A stretch of 64,000 nt of DNA, from positions 251,840-315,839 of the forward strand of contig JACPBB010000001.1 in NCBI GenBank assembly GCA_016180525.1, read 5' to 3'. Both the position numbers and the translations under genes were made by a program. Origin of the DNA: Parcubacteria group bacterium. Its GTDB lineage: Bacteria; Patescibacteriota; Minisyncoccia; Phycocordibacterales; UBA2135. Position 1 is the stretch's first letter, and each line of letters opens with the position of its first letter. This document shows positions 1 to 8,481 of this stretch, one piece after another. The notes beneath the pieces are model-generated. The model was given only the letters and a program-made list of their open reading frames with translations. It was not told the DNA's origin and did no database searches.

Positions 1-543
1 CCGGAGCATCAGTTGTCTAATGCCTAGCGATTTGGCAAGGCAATACACAACATACTTATATGACATGTGTGGCGGATCATTAAAAAGAATAATGTCCGGC
101 TTAAGCGTCGTAAGCACTCCATACCAGTATTTAAGATAAACATGATAGAGGTGCATTTTTTTGCTGAGTGGTGTTTGGGTCCAATCAGTGCTATCCATCA
201 TAATGAGCGACGAAATTTCACATTCAAAAAAGCTTTTGATAAATGTTGGGTCTAGGGGTTTAAAAAATGAAACATCTATCCCTTCCGCGGGTATCCCCAA
301 AACAGCATCGTTGGAATTATGAAAAATGGTATTCGGGAATAATGCTTTGTTATTAAATACGTCGCTCATAAAATCACGCTTCCCCGCAGTCCAATACGCG
401 ATATCCAAAGGCAGAGACTTTATAACTTCGGTCAGCATTTTTGAATGAAAATCAAAAATCATTGCACGCATCTTTTTAGATGTTGAGCTTTGATGACTCC
501 GATTATTCTGTATTTTGTTCTGATTTTTTGTTTTATAACTCAT
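1..543 (-). CDS. partial CDS (runs off window start); hypothetical, possibly another TagF-like/GT-B glycopolymer protein
   Basis: Minus-strand ORF from ATG at 541-543 (MSYKTKNQN...KPDIILFNDPPHMSYKYVVYCLAKSLGI...) with no stop before position 1. Absent from the supplied track because it is truncated. Weak KPDxxF... resemblance to the 4810-6222 and 20288-21661 paralogs. Confidence 0.35.
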   Translation of the reverse strand, partial: MSYKTKNQNKIQNNRSHQSSTSKKMRAMIFDFHSKMLTEVIKSLPLDIAYWTAGKRDFMSDVFNNKALFPNTIFHNSNDAVLGIPAEGIDVSFFKPLDPTFIKSFFECEISSLIMMDSTDWTQTPLSKKMHLYHVYLKYWYGVLTTLKPDIILFNDPPHMSYKYVVYCLAKSLGIRQLMLR

Positions 544-576
544 AATAACAGATATTAATATAAAAATATTTTGCCG

Positions 577-620
577 TATCTATTGGTATCATTCGTATTC
601 ATAGTATATTGATATCTATA
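577..620. repeat. second copy of the GTATCATTCGTAT-type palindromic promoter-region element
   Basis: TATCTATTGGTATCATTCGTATTCATAGTATATTGATATCTATA lies upstream of the partial gene starting at 543. Related to 29041-29085 in reverse-complement orientation. Confidence 0.5.
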
Positions 621-654
621 TTTATTTTTTAAAATTATACCTCGTAAGAAGTAC

Positions 655-2106
655 TTATCGCAGCTCATAAATTTCAAAACCGTATGCGGGTTCGGCGGGA
701 ATATACTGACCTTCTATAATCTCGGCGCCTTCTTTAAAAAATCGGCTTCCTGGCGGCGCCACAACCACTTCGGGTAAGGACAGAGACAGCAGAGGGTTGG
801 AGCCCAAAACAGATGAGCCAATTGCCTCTATGACGACGCTGCGTTTCGGGTTTTGTAAAAGAGTATATACACTGATGTCGCCTAACACCGCGACGCTCTT
901 TTCAGCATACTCTTCATCCAAGTATTGTGCAGTCTTAATAGCGCTGTCTCCTGAAGAAATATCGGCTCCGGTGAATAAATGAATAAAGTGGACCCCGGAG
1001 AGAAGGGCAACAAAAAGAAGAGCGGCTACTTCAGCAGAGACTTTCGGCAACAGCGCAATGCGATTTTTAAATGCTTCAAACAGTAAAAGGAGCGCGTACG
1101 GGGAGAGCATCAGTATAAAAAGTTCCGCTGGGAAAATATACCGTAAATAGCCCGGGCTCCGAAGATAATACACGAATGCAAACAATGAATATATAAGAAC
1201 GAAGCGATACAAAAACGATATACGGGGCTGCCTCACTAGAAAACTGCCCGCAAGAAGCAAAAGCCACAAGAAAGAAAAATATATAAGTGTTGTTGCTTCA
1301 AAAAAATGGGAAAGATTTGAAGCCATGTTGAGCGCTGGATCTGAACCGAAAAAAGGATTTCTATAAAAATTTAGAACGTCTGTCCACAGCATAGGGTCAA
1401 GTGGGTTTGTCCGGATAAATAAGAAAGAAAAAAAGGCAGGGGGAAACATTCCGATTGCTATTAAACTCAAATCGGTAAAAGAAATGCCGCGTCTCATAAA
1501 AAAGAGAACGATGAGCGTCGGAATGAGCAGTAAAAACACGGACGGCTTCGCAACTGCCGCAAGACCAAACATAGCGCCCGCGGCAATTGAATTTTTCTTC
1601 TCAAGAAACAGATAAAGACCAAGGAGTGTAAGCGCAAACCCGGGAACTTCACCGAGCACGGTTCTCCCGACTCCATACACTGTTGGAAATCCGGTAAGAA
1701 GAAGAACCGCCCCTGCGGCAAGTTTTTCGTTGAAAAATTTCCGGATAAACCAAAAAGACAAAAGCACGGCCGCAAAGAGCCAAATTACCATATACACACG
1801 AGCAACGGTAAAAGAGCTCCCTAGCAGCTTAAATGCCCCCGCAAGGGGCAAGAGTACGGGGTATCCGGTCGCTTGCAAAAGATATGGCCTGCCTCCCCAG
1901 ATATCCGGAGCAAGTTCTATGTCAAGTACGCCATGCCGTGCAAAATTCTGTGCCAATCCAATACTCATCGCTTCGTCCGTCCATATACGAGGCTTAGTCG
2001 TCAAATAAAAAAATGAATATAATATTATAAAAACAAGTGAGCCGACAAGTACGGCCTTCGGGAACCACGTAACTGTTTTTAGATTTTGGAAAAAAGAGAA
2101 ATTCAT
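655..2106 (-). CDS. polytopic membrane glycosyltransferase, GT-C fold (PMT/ArnT-like, GT39/GT83-type)
   Basis: 483 aa with about 10 predicted TM segments at the N-terminus and a soluble C-terminal domain. WTDEA (DE-type) motif in the first loop as in PMT_2/ArnT-type polyprenyl-phosphate-sugar-dependent transferases. AAAGGA Shine-Dalgarno 5 nt upstream of the start. Confidence 0.5.
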   Translation of the reverse strand: MNFSFFQNLKTVTWFPKAVLVGSLVFIILYSFFYLTTKPRIWTDEAMSIGLAQNFARHGVLDIELAPDIWGGRPYLLQATGYPVLLPLAGAFKLLGSSFTVARVYMVIWLFAAVLLSFWFIRKFFNEKLAAGAVLLLTGFPTVYGVGRTVLGEVPGFALTLLGLYLFLEKKNSIAAGAMFGLAAVAKPSVFLLLIPTLIVLFFMRRGISFTDLSLIAIGMFPPAFFSFLFIRTNPLDPMLWTDVLNFYRNPFFGSDPALNMASNLSHFFEATTLIYFSFLWLLLLAGSFLVRQPRISFLYRFVLIYSLFAFVYYLRSPGYLRYIFPAELFILMLSPYALLLLFEAFKNRIALLPKVSAEVAALLFVALLSGVHFIHLFTGADISSGDSAIKTAQYLDEEYAEKSVAVLGDISVYTLLQNPKRSVVIEAIGSSVLGSNPLLSLSLPEVVVAPPGSRFFKEGAEIIEGQYIPAEPAYGFEIYELR

Positions 2107-2115
2107 TTTTCCTTT

Positions 2116-2814
2116 TTACTCCACAAAACGATGTTTAATTAAAACCCAGACCGCCTGCACTCCGTCACGCCACGCAATCTTTTTGCCTTCTTTTTTTGTG
2201 CGCGGGTAATACAATATGGGAACTTCTTCTATTTTTATTTTTCTTCTTCCAATTTTGGCGGTTACTTCCGGGCAAAATTCAAATCTGTTACAGGTGAGGC
2301 TCAGATTTTTTAAAAGATCCGCTTTAAATACTTTGTAACACGTTGGCTCATCAGTGATCTTAAGACCATATAATATATTTGCCAAAAAGCTTAAAAAAAC
2401 ACCGCCTAAATAAAACAAAGGACCAGCACTTTTTTTATTTAACGCGTTGAGATTACGCGAGCCATACACCACATCTACGCGACTGGACACAATGGGTTCT
2501 ATAAGTTTCTTGTAATCATTTGGGTCATATTCCAAGTCAGCGTCTTGAATAAGAATAATGTCTCCTGTTGCAGATTTAATCCCCTGCCGTATTGCGTAAC
2601 CCTTGCCATAATTCCGCTCTAAATTAATTATTCTTAGTTCTCTATATTTATAATTGCTTTTTACAAGTATTTGAGGCGTACGGTCAGTGCTTCCGTCGTT
2701 TATAACAATAACCTCTTTTTCTACATCAGAAAGTGGGGCCGCATAAACCAAAGAAAGAATTTTCTCCATTGTTTTTTCTTCATTATATGCAGGAATAATA
2801 ATAGAAAGTTTCAT
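2116..2814 (-). CDS. GT2 family glycosyltransferase, polyprenyl-phosphate sugar synthase type (DPM1/GtrB/ArnC-like)
   Basis: MKLSIIIPAYNEE...VIVINDGSTDRT...DADLEYDP signature of GT2 dolichyl/undecaprenyl-phosphate glycosyltransferases. Confidence 0.85.
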   Translation of the reverse strand: MKLSIIIPAYNEEKTMEKILSLVYAAPLSDVEKEVIVINDGSTDRTPQILVKSNYKYRELRIINLERNYGKGYAIRQGIKSATGDIILIQDADLEYDPNDYKKLIEPIVSSRVDVVYGSRNLNALNKKSAGPLFYLGGVFLSFLANILYGLKITDEPTCYKVFKADLLKNLSLTCNRFEFCPEVTAKIGRRKIKIEEVPILYYPRTKKEGKKIAWRDGVQAVWVLIKHRFVE

Positions 2815-2916
2815 ATTAATTAAATGAAAAATATAAAATGAAAAGCGAAAAATAAATCAAAACTACTTTTAATTTTGCATCGTTATTTTGCGTTTTGCGC
2901 TGTAAGTTTTGCGTTC
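2815..2916 (-). promoter_or_regulatory. conserved upstream element (AAAATGAAAAGCGAAAA ... TTTTGCGTTTTGC), copy upstream of the GT2 gene
   Basis: About 80 nt highly similar to 20243-20330. In gene orientation: GCAAAACGCAAAA...TTTTCGCTTTTCATTTTATATTTTTC then ATG. Confidence 0.6.
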
Positions 2917-4698
2917 CTATTGCCTAATATTATACATCTTGAAGAAGTAGGAGTCTTTCTTTTGGAGAAGATCGCCCGGCTTCCCAATTTCGGTTATTTT
3001 TCCATTATCTAAAACGAGAAGTGTGTCGCAATTCATAACAGTCCCCAAGCGGTGCGCAATGGCCAAAACCGTTATCTTTCCTTTTAAATTTTCTATGACT
3101 TCCTGCACCCGTTTTTCAGATTCGTTATCCAGTGCACTCGTCGCTTCGTCAAGAATGAGTAGTTGTGGATTTCGTGCCAACACTCTGGCAATAACGATTC
3201 TTTGCCGTTGTCCTGCCGACAAGCGGATGCCGCGCTCTCCTATTACCGAATCCCATTTTTTGGGTAATACTTCTATCGTCTCATAAATATTCGCCTGTTT
3301 CGCGGCGTATCTAATTTGTTCATCAGTGATGGTATCGTCAAAAAAACGAATGTTATTTGCTACTGTATCATTTATTAAATGAATATCTTGAGAAACATAC
3401 CCCACATTTCTACGAAATTCATGCAGATCAATTTCTGAGATTAAGGCTCTGTCTAAGAGAATGTCTCCTTTAGTCGGTTTAAATAAACGAAGCACGAGGT
3501 CAACAATCGTTGTTTTCCCCGCGCCAGAGGGGCCGATAAGCCCCACGAGTGACCCTTTGGGAACAGAAAAGGAAACTCCCGAGAGTATTTTTTTGTCTTC
3601 AGTATATCCAAATGACACATTGATAAATGAGAACTTTTCTTTAAACACAAACGCCTGCCCTCCCCTGTCTTCCTCTTCGTTTTTAAGCGCCCTTTTTTGA
3701 TATGAAAGCACGTGCTCAAGATATGGAATCATTCTAAATATGGTTTGAAGATGGGTCTGGAAACTTTGCACTTGAGAAAAAATTCTTTGAATCAAGTATA
3801 CAATGGCTATAAACGCGGGAAGATTAAAGTCTCCCGTTTTATAAGAAAAGGAAAAAAGCAGAAGAATAAAGATGACCCCGAACGGCTGAAAAAAGGAACC
3901 GAATACAGTGCTGATGAGCGCCCTCTTTATTTGAAGTTTCCGCAACGTTTCAAAATATTTTTCACCGACCTCTTCCACCGAATCGGTAACAGACATTGCT
4001 TTTACCGTTTTCATTCCAAGAACGTTTTCATTAACGAAGTGGGCGACACTTCGTGTTTTTTCGGCAACCTCTTGGCTTATCCTGCGCATTGTATTCACAA
4101 TCGGCTGAAATCCGATCGTAATAATAACACCCACACCCATAGTCAAAAGAGTTATGAAGAAAGAGATATTAACCGCGACAATAATATATACCAAAAGGCT
4201 CGTAAGAATGAGAATAAAAGAACTTAATGTCTCCAGAAGCTTTCTCACGTACGCAATTTCAACCGAAAGAACTTTTTCCAAGTGTCCTATTTTTTGATCC
4301 AGAAGGTGCCCCCATTTGGAACGCAGAGATTTTACAAAAAGCTCATCACGAATATTTTTTTCATAGCCATATGCTATTTTGAATTGAACGTATGACCCGA
4401 TAAACAGGACAGCGGCCTTTATGATAAAGAGAACCGCAATAAAAATAAGAAGATAATGTAAAGTAAAATCGGCTCCCAAAAACCCAAATAAACGTTCAAT
4501 AGCTTGTGAAATAAAATCATCTGCCGGACCAGCGTCTGTAATAAAAGAAAAAAGAGGAATCAGGGCATTAGCGCCCACACCCTCAAGAAGGCCGCTTAAA
4601 AAACCGATGCCGGTTAACGCCAGGATTTGTAATTTATAATCGCCAAACGCATCTTTCAACAAAGATAGGCCGCGAATGATTTTTTTAATAATATTCAT
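2917..4698 (-). CDS. ABC transporter, fused permease/ATP-binding protein (MsbA-like exporter)
   Basis: Six N-terminal TM helices. Walker A GPSGAGKTT, ABC signature LSAGQRQR, Walker B ILDEATSALD. Confidence 0.9.
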   Translation of the reverse strand: MNIIKKIIRGLSLLKDAFGDYKLQILALTGIGFLSGLLEGVGANALIPLFSFITDAGPADDFISQAIERLFGFLGADFTLHYLLIFIAVLFIIKAAVLFIGSYVQFKIAYGYEKNIRDELFVKSLRSKWGHLLDQKIGHLEKVLSVEIAYVRKLLETLSSFILILTSLLVYIIVAVNISFFITLLTMGVGVIITIGFQPIVNTMRRISQEVAEKTRSVAHFVNENVLGMKTVKAMSVTDSVEEVGEKYFETLRKLQIKRALISTVFGSFFQPFGVIFILLLFSFSYKTGDFNLPAFIAIVYLIQRIFSQVQSFQTHLQTIFRMIPYLEHVLSYQKRALKNEEEDRGGQAFVFKEKFSFINVSFGYTEDKKILSGVSFSVPKGSLVGLIGPSGAGKTTIVDLVLRLFKPTKGDILLDRALISEIDLHEFRRNVGYVSQDIHLINDTVANNIRFFDDTITDEQIRYAAKQANIYETIEVLPKKWDSVIGERGIRLSAGQRQRIVIARVLARNPQLLILDEATSALDNESEKRVQEVIENLKGKITVLAIAHRLGTVMNCDTLLVLDNGKITEIGKPGDLLQKKDSYFFKMYNIRQ

Positions 4699-4809
4699 AA
4701 TAATCCAGATAACCCAAATTATTTATCCGAATAACCCGGATATAATACTAGATATAATAATTTTGACATATAATTATCTGGGTTATTCGGATACATTTAT
4801 ATATTCGGA
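4699..4809. repeat. intergenic palindromic element, family 'AATAATCC / CCGAATAACCC', copy 1
   Basis: CCGAATAACCCGGATATAAT (about 4727-4746) versus the reverse complement of ATTATCTGGGTTATTCGG (about 4773-4790). Shares ACCCAAATTATTTATCCGAATAACCCGGATATAAT core with 9283-9417. Fills the whole gap upstream of the ABC transporter gene. Confidence 0.75.
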
Positions 4810-6222
4810 TTATGATGACATTTCTCCATTGGCGGTTTGTATCAGAATTTTCGCGATTCGCTCTGACGATTTTCCGTCAACTTTATAACACAGTTTTTGA
4901 AGTAATTGCTTTCGCTCCTCTCGCTTGTAACTTGGGTCAAGAAGGTAGGTATTAATACTTGCCTTAAGTTCATCTTCCGAGCGAGCCAAGTCAACAGCCC
5001 CTGTTTCAAGCACCCACTCCATATGGTCCTGCGTATAGAGCAAGGAAGAGACATCTTTTTTTGTGTGCGGGTGATGGAGAACGTTAAACGCAACATTTAT
5101 AAGCGGCTTGTCAAAGCACACACAATCAAGATTGAGCGTTGAAGCAACAGCAACCAATACGTCACAGTGATATATAAGGTTTGTAAATTTCTTTATCTCA
5201 TCCACGCCCGGGTCCCAATTATCTCCAAAAAAGTCTGAGAGAGTAAAATTTTTATCAACAACTACGTTAGACTCTCCTTCAAAGGCGGTAAGTCGCTTTG
5301 TTCTTGCGTCAGTATAATGCGGACGTATAAAAAGCTGAGCTGGAAGAGATAAAGCTCCTGGGGTGTTTACTAAGCGGACGAAGAACGAGACGACGCGCGC
5401 ATCGTCGGGTGCCCACGCTCCTTCAGAGCCATAAAAAATAATTTTTTTCTTCGGATCAAGCCCTACGGAGCGGCAATACTCCTCTCTGCTTACTAAAATC
5501 TCCGGCCTTCTGTACCAGTCAAATTGCGGAAAGCCTGTAACCACAATCTGCTCGAGCGGCATGGCCTGCACTCGAACAGCTTCTTTCTTCATGCGTTCGG
5601 CTTGCACAATAAGAACATCAGGAATGACGCGATATAACAATTGAGTTATGTTATCCCACCCCTTCGGCATTGCCACCGTTTTAACGCCACGCTTCTCTGC
5701 CTCTTTCATCATGTCTATGTCAAGATGGGCCTGTATTGAAGTAGAAAAAACAAGTGACGGTTTATATTTTTCAAAATATGAAGCATACGTATTGTGACTA
5801 AACACGCGTTTTTCTATAAAACGCGCGAATTTTTTGAGAAGAGGAATTTTGCTTGCGATTGAAAAAAGAATTAAATCTACATATTTCCAAAAAAATGCGC
5901 GCTCCCTCTTTTTGTCTGGCATGAATTGACTGTACATCCACCGAGACTTACTTGAAATAAGGAGTGGCGTTAACTTCGCAAATCGCGAATGTCCCCGTAA
6001 ATGTATACTCGGTGCGACTTCAAGAACGACCTGCTCGTCTTCAAGTTCTTTTTTTAAATATTCCGGAATTGATAGTAAACGATGGGTATCAAAAAAAATC
6101 ACAACGCGGAAACCAGCGTCTTTAAGATGCTTGAGAGTCCCGCTTCGCAGAATATTTCTTACGATAAAACCGCGGGTAATTATAATAAAAATTGTTTTTA
6201 GTTTTGCATTATTATTTTGCAT
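4810..6222 (-). CDS. GT-B fold, TagF-like (CDP-alcohol glycerophosphotransferase-like) surface glycopolymer protein, paralog A
   Basis: TIFIIITRGFIVRN N-terminus, IRPHY and HCDVLVAVASTLNLD...KPLINV C-terminal motifs resembling the TagF kpHP / ...DYSSV...KPiif motifs. Clear paralog of 20288-21661. The annotated ATG sits inside a conserved upstream promoter-like motif, so the true start is uncertain. Confidence 0.4.
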   Translation of the reverse strand: MQNNNAKLKTIFIIITRGFIVRNILRSGTLKHLKDAGFRVVIFFDTHRLLSIPEYLKKELEDEQVVLEVAPSIHLRGHSRFAKLTPLLISSKSRWMYSQFMPDKKRERAFFWKYVDLILFSIASKIPLLKKFARFIEKRVFSHNTYASYFEKYKPSLVFSTSIQAHLDIDMMKEAEKRGVKTVAMPKGWDNITQLLYRVIPDVLIVQAERMKKEAVRVQAMPLEQIVVTGFPQFDWYRRPEILVSREEYCRSVGLDPKKKIIFYGSEGAWAPDDARVVSFFVRLVNTPGALSLPAQLFIRPHYTDARTKRLTAFEGESNVVVDKNFTLSDFFGDNWDPGVDEIKKFTNLIYHCDVLVAVASTLNLDCVCFDKPLINVAFNVLHHPHTKKDVSSLLYTQDHMEWVLETGAVDLARSEDELKASINTYLLDPSYKREERKQLLQKLCYKVDGKSSERIAKILIQTANGEMSS

Positions 6223-6284
6223 TTTTCGTTTTAAGTTTTACGTTTATCTTACAACCTATAACCTAATACCTAGAACCTTGTTTT

Positions 6285-7568
6285 TTATTTATTTATAAAC
6301 TCTATTGTCTTATCAACTGATTTTAAATTAATGCCCGCATTGTCATATTGCTTTGGAAGTATTCCGCTTTTAAATTGACGTAATGTTTCTATAAATTCAT
6401 TTTCGTTAGCAACAACGTGTTTAATATAAAAATGTTTGGCGTTATCATTCAGTTTCCTAAAATTTGAAAAATTGGTAAATAGTGCCGGTACGCCGCTTGC
6501 GAGTACCATGTAATTCACGCTTGATGTCGGATCGCCAATGTATATATCGGACAAACACAAAAGTTCATCCGTCCTTGATTCATTGTGGTATATTTTAATA
6601 TCAAATTTTTTATATGATTCATATATCGTTTTTGTTTTGACCTCCGACGGATGAATTTTTAAAATAATATCCGCTGTTTCTGTCGGAAACACCGTCTGTA
6701 TCATTTTAAAAAGAGAGCTATGGTGAGTAACGTGCTCTTCTGGGGTCATGGTGTACCCCTCCGGAATAGGGAGAACGTGAAAACGAAACAGATTTACAAA
6801 AATTTTTATTTTATCTTCGGATAATCCGTATTTACTGAGAAGCTCTGTGCGAAAAAGATGATTTGAATCAATTTTCTGTTTTAGCTCATTTGTAATCTGG
6901 AAATCGAGAGGGCCGACAACGTGCACTGTCCTGAAATCATGTCCTTTTTCAACAGAATCTTGCGCTTCTTTTTTTGTAAACACACCGATTTTATTAGGGA
7001 TCGCTGGGGTGAATCCAAACCGTGGCTCTTTATAAAACAAATCCAATATCCAAAATAAAATTCCCAAAAGGCGGTAATATATATTTCGTGCAAATGTTTT
7101 TTCCTTCGCAGCAACACCGAAACTCTGCCTGGTAAGCAGTGCTGACCCCCATTGCAGCGTAATGGTTTCAATTCCCATCCGATTGGCCTCTTTAAAAATT
7201 GTATCATACGGGTACCTTGATTTTACGGCAATAATTTTTGCCGGCTTAATGGTCTTTAAAAAAGTACGGCACTCTATGCTGTGCGCGTACCTGTTCTTAA
7301 CCGGAGTAAAAAAAGGAATATGAAATTTAGAACTGCCCTTGAGACCTTTTTCAAGAATGTAATATGTATAGTGCTTGTGTTTGCAGTACTCAATAAGTTC
7401 TCTTCGACGGGAGTCATCTCCGCTTATAAATAAAAAACCGACATCGTAGGTATTTTTAAGATGCGGAATGAGCCGCTCATAGTGCTTGAGCGGCCCTATG
7501 TATTGCGGTATAAAATAAATTTTTTGTTTCGTATGCATATGCGCATTCATCAAAAACTCCTTACACAA
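6285..7568 (-). CDS. TagF-like CDP-glycerol/ribitol glycerophosphotransferase family protein (putative)
   Basis: LKIHPSE and LSDIYIGDPTSSVNYMVLASGVPALF motifs resembling the TagF/TagB C-terminal catalytic-domain motifs. Confidence 0.4.
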   Translation of the reverse strand: MCKEFLMNAHMHTKQKIYFIPQYIGPLKHYERLIPHLKNTYDVGFLFISGDDSRRRELIEYCKHKHYTYYILEKGLKGSSKFHIPFFTPVKNRYAHSIECRTFLKTIKPAKIIAVKSRYPYDTIFKEANRMGIETITLQWGSALLTRQSFGVAAKEKTFARNIYYRLLGILFWILDLFYKEPRFGFTPAIPNKIGVFTKKEAQDSVEKGHDFRTVHVVGPLDFQITNELKQKIDSNHLFRTELLSKYGLSEDKIKIFVNLFRFHVLPIPEGYTMTPEEHVTHHSSLFKMIQTVFPTETADIILKIHPSEVKTKTIYESYKKFDIKIYHNESRTDELLCLSDIYIGDPTSSVNYMVLASGVPALFTNFSNFRKLNDNAKHFYIKHVVANENEFIETLRQFKSGILPKQYDNAGINLKSVDKTIEFINK

Positions 7569-7605
7569 TCAATACTTTTAACCAATTTGTCCTTATTAAA
7601 GTTGT

Positions 7606-8463
7606 GTGGTTTCCGTCCTCTGTGCAAATCTTGTGCGCGAGAGAGCACGATGTTATATTGTACCAATGACAATGCGAGACAACAAAAAATGGCAAAAAAA
7701 TTGGCAGCAGGATAAGTTGTATGCCGATATTTTTAAAAAACGGGCAACAGGAGAGCTTCCCGAAATGGAATCGAGCAGGGCGGCGGCAAAAAAAATTCTA
7801 AAATATTTTAAATCCGGGTATTCAATGCTTGATGTCGGCTGCGGAGCCGGGCACTATCTTAACTCCTATGACAGACAACTGAAGGGCAAAAAATACACGT
7901 ATGTCGGCATTGACGCCTCAAAACGATATGTTGATATTGCAAAAAAGGTCTACGCAGAGAGGGGCAACGTGTCATTTCGTGTCGGCTCTATTTATAAATT
8001 GCCGTTTAAGAATAAGTCATTTGATATCGTGGTGTGCAACAATGTGCTCCTGCATCTACCCGAAATTAAACAAGCGATAAAAGAACTTAATCGGGTTGCC
8101 AAAAAAGTGGTGATTATAAGAACGCTTGTCGGCTACAAGTCGTATTATATTAAAAACGTCTGCACCAAAAGCGATTTTGAATATATTAATGTCCCCGACA
8201 ATGACCCGTTTTATAAAGACGGTAGCCCAAAGAATTTTTTCTATTTCAACATTTACAGCAAGCCATATATAGAGGCCGTGGTAAAAAAATATTCACCCAA
8301 AGCAAAGGTAAAAATAGAAGAAGACCGTGATTTTGACGTCAAGAATCTTGCCAAAAACAAAAAAGATTTCCGGGGCAGAATAAATGCCACGGAACTTGCC
8401 GGGAGCATGCAGGCATCAGGTTATATATTATTGCCATGGGCTTTCGTTACTATAGAAAAATAG
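7606..8463 (+). CDS. class I SAM-dependent methyltransferase
   Basis: LDVGCGAGHY (motif I), VGID, FDIVVCNNVLLHLPE (post-I/II). True start may be the internal Met at about 7666-7672. Confidence 0.85.
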   Translation: MVSVLCANLVRERARCYIVPMTMRDNKKWQKNWQQDKLYADIFKKRATGELPEMESSRAAAKKILKYFKSGYSMLDVGCGAGHYLNSYDRQLKGKKYTYVGIDASKRYVDIAKKVYAERGNVSFRVGSIYKLPFKNKSFDIVVCNNVLLHLPEIKQAIKELNRVAKKVVIIRTLVGYKSYYIKNVCTKSDFEYINVPDNDPFYKDGSPKNFFYFNIYSKPYIEAVVKKYSPKAKVKIEEDRDFDVKNLAKNKKDFRGRINATELAGSMQASGYILLPWAFVTIEK

Positions 8464-8481
8464 TCGCCAGTGGGAATTGTA

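Noticed and set aside
67-255. ORF 67-255 (+) and dozens of 60-150-aa ORFs in the supplied track lying antisense or out of frame inside long genes (e.g. 797-982, 3023-3286, 3453-3719, 3712-4227, 4842-5096, 8877-9068, 35512-35892, 52410-52856)
   Set aside because: Fully contained within, or antisense to, long ORFs with clear family signatures. Low-complexity translations with no motifs. In the first 543 nt the real gene is on the minus strand.
4676-4888. ORF 4676-4888 (+), and similar ORFs overlapping the palindromic intergenic elements
   Set aside because: Encoded by the AT-rich palindromic repeat itself (IIILTYNYLGYSD... low complexity). It spans an intergenic element plus the end of a minus-strand gene. 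Not a plausible gene.
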